Positions 27,841 through 32,000 of a stretch of 32,000 nt of DNA are shown in pieces; position 1 is the first letter of the stretch; each line of letters opens with the position of its first letter. Origin of the DNA: Erysipelotrichaceae bacterium MTC7 (GTDB lineage Bacteria > Bacillota_I > Bacilli_A > Erysipelotrichales > Erysipelotrichaceae); NCBI GenBank assembly GCA_001695645.1, contig LVZN01000001.1:1-32000 (forward strand), given 5' to 3'. The position numbers were made by a program, and so were the translations under genes. The notes under the pieces are model-generated. The model did no database searches. It was given only the letters and a program-made list of their open reading frames with translations, and was not told where the DNA came from.

Positions 27841-28222
27841 TTGGTGGAGCTGAGGAGAGTCGAACTCCTGTCCAAAAATAGCCTCGTGTACAAACATCTA
27901 CAGTTTAGTTTGTTAATGTAAGAGTTAGATTGAAAACAAACAATCGAGTCTAACAATTTGGTCTATTCAATTTCAAGAATGCAGCTAAACCAAATACATT
28001 CTCTATCTTCCTAGTTATACGAGATTAGCAAGCGGAAAGATACGCTCACTACCAAGGCTGCAAACCAGTATTTAGGTTAAATTAAGCAGCTAAAGCCATG
28101 CTTTGGTTTGCACCAAAGAAGCTTGATAATTTGTTTTTTCCAGTTAAATTGGATTGATGGTTACGCCATCAGCCGACTGCAGTTCATACTAGACATATCC
28201 CTGTCGAAACCATGACAGCCCC
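27841..28222 (-). ncRNA. ssrA: Transfer-messenger RNA (tmRNA, SsrA)
   Basis: The minus strand begins GGGGCTGTCATGGTTTCGACAGGG and ends GGACAGGAGTTCGACTCTCCTCAGCTCCACCA, giving a tRNA-Ala-like acceptor and T-arm. The internal tag ORF is GGA AAA AAC AAA TTA TCA AGC TTC TTT GGT GCA AAC CAA AGC ATG GCT TTA GCT GCT TAA, encoding (A)GKNKLSSFFGANQSMALAA. The gene lies immediately downstream of smpB. Confidence 0.93.
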
Positions 28223-28242
28223 ATGTCGTAGATAGTATAACA

Positions 28243-28689
28243 CTATCTATATTTCTTTGCCAATTTTTGCATCATGCGATTGGCATCGCGATCTTTTTCC
28301 GATTGTCGTTTATCGTACAAATGTTTCCCTTTGGCTAAAGCAATTTCGAGTTTTGCTTTTCCATGGTGAATATACAAGCGTAATGGAACAACAGTATATC
28401 CTTGTAGCTTTACTTTCTGTTGGAGTTTCTTAATTTCATGTTTATGCAACAAGAGTTTGCGTTCTCTAGTTTCATCATGATTGAAGCGATTTCCATACTC
28501 ATATGGTGGTATATGCATATTCTTAATAAAGGCTTCTCCATCAATGAACGTAATGAAACTTTCTTTGAGTTGGACCGAACCTTTGCGAATGCTTTTGATC
28601 TCTGTTCCATGCAAAACAAGGCCAGCTTCAAAAGTGTCCTCAATGAAATATTCATGCTTTGCTTTACGATTGACAGTGATAACTTGCAT
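28243..28689 (-). CDS. smpB: SsrA-binding protein SmpB
   Basis: NRKAKHEYFIEDTFEAGLVLHGTEIKSIR...LLLHKHEI is the canonical SmpB sequence. Confidence 0.95.
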   Translation of the reverse strand: MQVITVNRKAKHEYFIEDTFEAGLVLHGTEIKSIRKGSVQLKESFITFIDGEAFIKNMHIPPYEYGNRFNHDETRERKLLLHKHEIKKLQQKVKLQGYTVVPLRLYIHHGKAKLEIALAKGKHLYDKRQSEKDRDANRMMQKLAKKYR

Positions 28690-28699
28690 ATTTCCTCCG

Positions 28700-29845
28700 T
28701 TAGTAAACTACTTCTATTTTATCATTCATGACCTGTTGAAGTAAATCAATAAAATATTGACGACGCATGTCAATTCCCATCTTGGTTAGGGTATGTTCAC
28801 TTGCCATCGCATCTGTATAATCTTTTAATGTATACATTTTATAGTCATGATAGTTGTTGGTGATTTGGGTAATGGTTGGAATAAACTGAACATCTTTGAA
28901 TTGAAGTTTTTTGTTAGTCTTATCGTAACTCATCGTAAAGTTTGCCATACCACCAAGCATTCCATTGTTGGTATCTTGTGCAGATAAGAAATTTCCTAGT
29001 GAATAATACGTCAATGTGGTATTTCCATTTTTACCAGTTAGGATGTCACCGGTTTGAATGACGTGTGGATGCGAACCAATGATTACATCAGCTCCTGCAT
29101 CACTTAAACTTTGTGCGAGTTGTTTTTGTTCATCGTTTGGTTCAAATTGGTATTCTTCTCCCCAGTGCATACTCACCATTTGAATATCACTGTGTTTGTT
29201 TGCTTCTGCCATATCTTGTTCCATGATGACTGGATCAATAAGATTCACAAGATATTCTTTTCCTGCAGGCAACGCAAAGCCATTTAAACCGTAAGTGTAA
29301 CTAAGAAATGCAACAGTTACTCCATCATACTCCATATAACGTATACGAGATTCATTTTCATCCATCTGCATACCGGTTTGCATCAAACCAATGGTCTGAA
29401 GGTAGTTATATTCGTTAATAACCCCTTGTTCTCCCTTATCAAAACTATGATTGCTTGCTGTGTTCACCCAGTTAAAGCCTGCTTGTTTTACAGCATCTAG
29501 AATTTCATAAGGACCATTGAAGGTTGGATAGTGGCTTAGCCCTAGTGCTTCACCACCAGCGATTGTCTCTTGGTTAATATAAGAAATATTCTTTTGGATA
29601 TAAGGTAAAATCGGTTCATAAATCTCATGAAATGCATAGGTTCCATCAGCGTGCTTTGCATAGGTGAAAATCGCTCCATGGATTAAATTATCACCAACTG
29701 CAGATACCGAAAGCTCAACCACTTCTGGCGTCTTTTTTTCTGCTGTATCTGCTTTTGGTTTTGATGTACTTTCAGTTGCTTTTTGAGTTGTGGAATTACA
29801 ACCCACAAGCACAATTGCCAACATAATGAGCATTAACCGTTTCAT
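28700..29845 (-). CDS. CapA-family (PGA_cap metallophosphatase-like) lipoprotein
   Basis: Lipobox (LAIVLVGC). Motifs VSAVGDNLIHG, TASNHSFDKG, MHWGEEY and VIIGSHPHVIQ. Confidence 0.8.
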   Translation of the reverse strand: MKRLMLIMLAIVLVGCNSTTQKATESTSKPKADTAEKKTPEVVELSVSAVGDNLIHGAIFTYAKHADGTYAFHEIYEPILPYIQKNISYINQETIAGGEALGLSHYPTFNGPYEILDAVKQAGFNWVNTASNHSFDKGEQGVINEYNYLQTIGLMQTGMQMDENESRIRYMEYDGVTVAFLSYTYGLNGFALPAGKEYLVNLIDPVIMEQDMAEANKHSDIQMVSMHWGEEYQFEPNDEQKQLAQSLSDAGADVIIGSHPHVIQTGDILTGKNGNTTLTYYSLGNFLSAQDTNNGMLGGMANFTMSYDKTNKKLQFKDVQFIPTITQITNNYHDYKMYTLKDYTDAMASEHTLTKMGIDMRRQYFIDLLQQVMNDKIEVVY

Positions 29846-29857
29846 CCTATATCCCCC

Positions 29858-31954
29858 TTATTTCTTTACAATTTTAAAATCAATTTGCTTACGCATCTTA
29901 CTTGCATCAGCAACTTCAATAAACACTTTTTGACCCATCTTATAAATGGTGCCACTTTCTTCACCAACCAATGATTTTGCATTTTGATCATAGTGGTAGT
30001 AATCATCTTCCAAACTTGTGATATGCACAAGTCCTTCAACTGTATTTTCAAGTTCAACAAAGAACCCGAAACGTGTGACAGATGAAATCACACCATGGAA
30101 TTTCTTACCAATGAAGCGTTCCATGTATTCACATTTTTTCATGTCATCAACATCACGTTCTGCTTCAATTGCATTACGCTCCATCTTTGAAGTATGTTCA
30201 CTTGCTTCATCTAAGAAGTTTTCATCTTTTTCAATCTCTTTGATATCCGTTGTTACTTGAAAGTAATACTTCTTCAACATTCGATGAACCAGTAAATCCG
30301 GGTATCGACGAATTGGTGAGGTAAAGTGTGTATACTCTTTTAAACCTAAACCAAAGTGACCAAGATTGACCATATCATAACGTGCTTTTTGCATACTACG
30401 TAACATGTAGGTACTCAACACATCATAGTTTTCATTTCCTTTGGCTTGCAACAGTAAATCTTGCAATTGCTTTGGGAAAATATTTTGCGGGTCTGCTTTT
30501 AAAGGATACCCTAGTGCACTACTCAATAATGCAAACTCTCTGATTTTTTTAGGATCTGGGTTTTCATGCACACGATACATGCTTGGCATTTGCATATGTT
30601 TGGTATGGGTTGCCACGCATTCATTTGCCGCTATCATGAAATCTTCAATCATGCGTTCTGCATCTCCACGTTCGCGCAAGACAATGTCTTTCACACGCCC
30701 CTTGTTGTCGACTAAGATTTTACTTTCTCTTTTATCAAAATCGATTTCACCCAGTTTTGCTTTTCGTTTTTGCAATATTTTAGATAACTCTAAACCTAAA
30801 GTTAACATCTCTTGAATGTCTTTATACTTGCGTGTCGTTTTCAGATCACCAGCTAAAATTTTATTCACATCGGTATAGGTCATTCGATGCTTACTGTTAA
30901 TCACACTAGGTACAATACGATAATCGACCACTTGTCCCAAGAGGTTGATTTCCATGACACAACTCATCGTTAGACGGTCGACTTTTTCTTGTAAACTACA
31001 TACGCCATTACTAAGCAACTGTGGTAACATTGGGACCACGCGGTCAACAACATAGACACTCGTTGAACGTTTGTAGGCTTCTTTATCAATAATGGATCCA
31101 GCAGTAACATAATTAGAAACATCGGCAATATGTACTTGTAGTTCATAGTTGCGACCTTTCTTTTTAATGTGTACAGCATCATCTAAATCTTTAGCATCTT
31201 CTCCATCAATTGTTATAATCAGCTCCTCACGGAAATCTTCACGCCCTTTAAGGTGTTCTGTTTCCACATGTTCAGGAATTTGCTGGGCTGCATCCAATAC
31301 TTGCTTTGGAAAAACTGGTTCAATGTCATGCTCCAACAAAATTGATAGTATATCAACACCTGGATCGTACTTGTAGCCAAGAATTTGTAAGATTCGTATA
31401 TGCATGGTTTTGCCATACTTCTCAATGTACACTTGTACTTTGGTATCGTTGACCATCTTAAACGCATCTTTATTGATCAATTTGAACTTTTGATCTGGCA
31501 TGGGTGTATCTGGTAAAAACCACATACGTCCATCTTTTTTCTTGATGACTCCAATAATCGTGTGCTTATTGCGTTGAATGACTTTAACAATTTCACATTC
31601 CACGCGTCCGTCATTATCTTCATGGAGTTTGGCAAGTACCTCATCTCCATCCATAATGTTCTTTATTTCATACCGATTGGCATAAACACTCGTTTCATCA
31701 TTTTCCACAAACCCAAATCCTTTTGGATTTTTACGTAAGATACCTGTGAAATATCCCAACTTTTCCAAAGGAAAATAACGGTCTTTTTCATCGGTGATGA
31801 TGATGTACTCATTTTCAAGTGAGTTTAATGCTTTCATCAAAGCGGTAAAGTCTTCGCTACTTTCTACATGGAAAGCACGTTTGAAGTCCTCTACATTCAT
31901 TCCTTTATACTTGTGACTTTGCACCGTATCTAGAATCATATTCATATATTCCAT
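29858..31954 (-). CDS. rnr: Ribonuclease R
   Basis: Cold-shock/OB N-terminal region (GFGFV), RNB catalytic domain (IDGEDAKDLDDAV, FTSPIRRYPDLLVHR) and C-terminal S1 domain (GVISSVTRFGFFVEL). A GGAAGGAGG RBS is present. The rnr-smpB-ssrA order is conserved. Confidence 0.93.
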   Translation of the reverse strand: MEYMNMILDTVQSHKYKGMNVEDFKRAFHVESSEDFTALMKALNSLENEYIIITDEKDRYFPLEKLGYFTGILRKNPKGFGFVENDETSVYANRYEIKNIMDGDEVLAKLHEDNDGRVECEIVKVIQRNKHTIIGVIKKKDGRMWFLPDTPMPDQKFKLINKDAFKMVNDTKVQVYIEKYGKTMHIRILQILGYKYDPGVDILSILLEHDIEPVFPKQVLDAAQQIPEHVETEHLKGREDFREELIITIDGEDAKDLDDAVHIKKKGRNYELQVHIADVSNYVTAGSIIDKEAYKRSTSVYVVDRVVPMLPQLLSNGVCSLQEKVDRLTMSCVMEINLLGQVVDYRIVPSVINSKHRMTYTDVNKILAGDLKTTRKYKDIQEMLTLGLELSKILQKRKAKLGEIDFDKRESKILVDNKGRVKDIVLRERGDAERMIEDFMIAANECVATHTKHMQMPSMYRVHENPDPKKIREFALLSSALGYPLKADPQNIFPKQLQDLLLQAKGNENYDVLSTYMLRSMQKARYDMVNLGHFGLGLKEYTHFTSPIRRYPDLLVHRMLKKYYFQVTTDIKEIEKDENFLDEASEHTSKMERNAIEAERDVDDMKKCEYMERFIGKKFHGVISSVTRFGFFVELENTVEGLVHITSLEDDYYHYDQNAKSLVGEESGTIYKMGQKVFIEVADASKMRKQIDFKIVKK

Positions 31955-32000
31955 ATATTTTCCTCCTTCCTATGAAACAAAAAAAAGACCAATAGGCCTT

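Overview
This looks like a low-GC Gram-positive (Bacillota-type) chromosome, judged from GGAGG ribosome-binding sites, wall teichoic acid genes and the rnr-smpB-ssrA synteny. The window splits into two parts.

**Accessory DNA, about 1-14.5 kb**
- A 5'-truncated IS110-family insertion sequence whose transposase is split by a 1-nt frameshift.
- A five-gene minus-strand operon: XRE-HTH, hsdM, hsdS, a small GNAT acetyltransferase, then hsdR (a Type I restriction-modification system).
- A divergently transcribed mobile-element core on the plus strand: prim-pol/SF3-helicase replication protein, a 69-aa ORF, a solitary HK97-type major capsid protein, a TnpW-like small protein, and a TnpX/TndX-type large serine recombinase.
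- A 612-bp repeat-rich spacer separates the two divergent units.

**Ordinary-looking housekeeping genes, about 14.5-32 kb, all on the minus strand**
- Teichoic acid genes: two TagB/TagF-like, tagD, tagH, tagG.
- A four-gene binding-protein / histidine kinase / NarL-type regulator / binding-protein sensing cassette.
- A Gfo/Idh/MocA oxidoreductase and a VanZ-like protein.
- An ArsR / permease / thioredoxin-like operon.
- tmRNA (ssrA), smpB, a CapA-family lipoprotein and RNase R.

**Most interesting candidates**
1. The GNAT gene is translationally coupled between hsdS and hsdR. This is the same slot that the anticodon nuclease PrrC occupies in the EcoprrI locus.
2. hsdR has a conserved N-terminus but no canonical start codon.
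3. The element is satellite-like: it carries one capsid gene and no other virion genes.

All functional calls rest on motif recognition by eye in the supplied translations. No database search was run.
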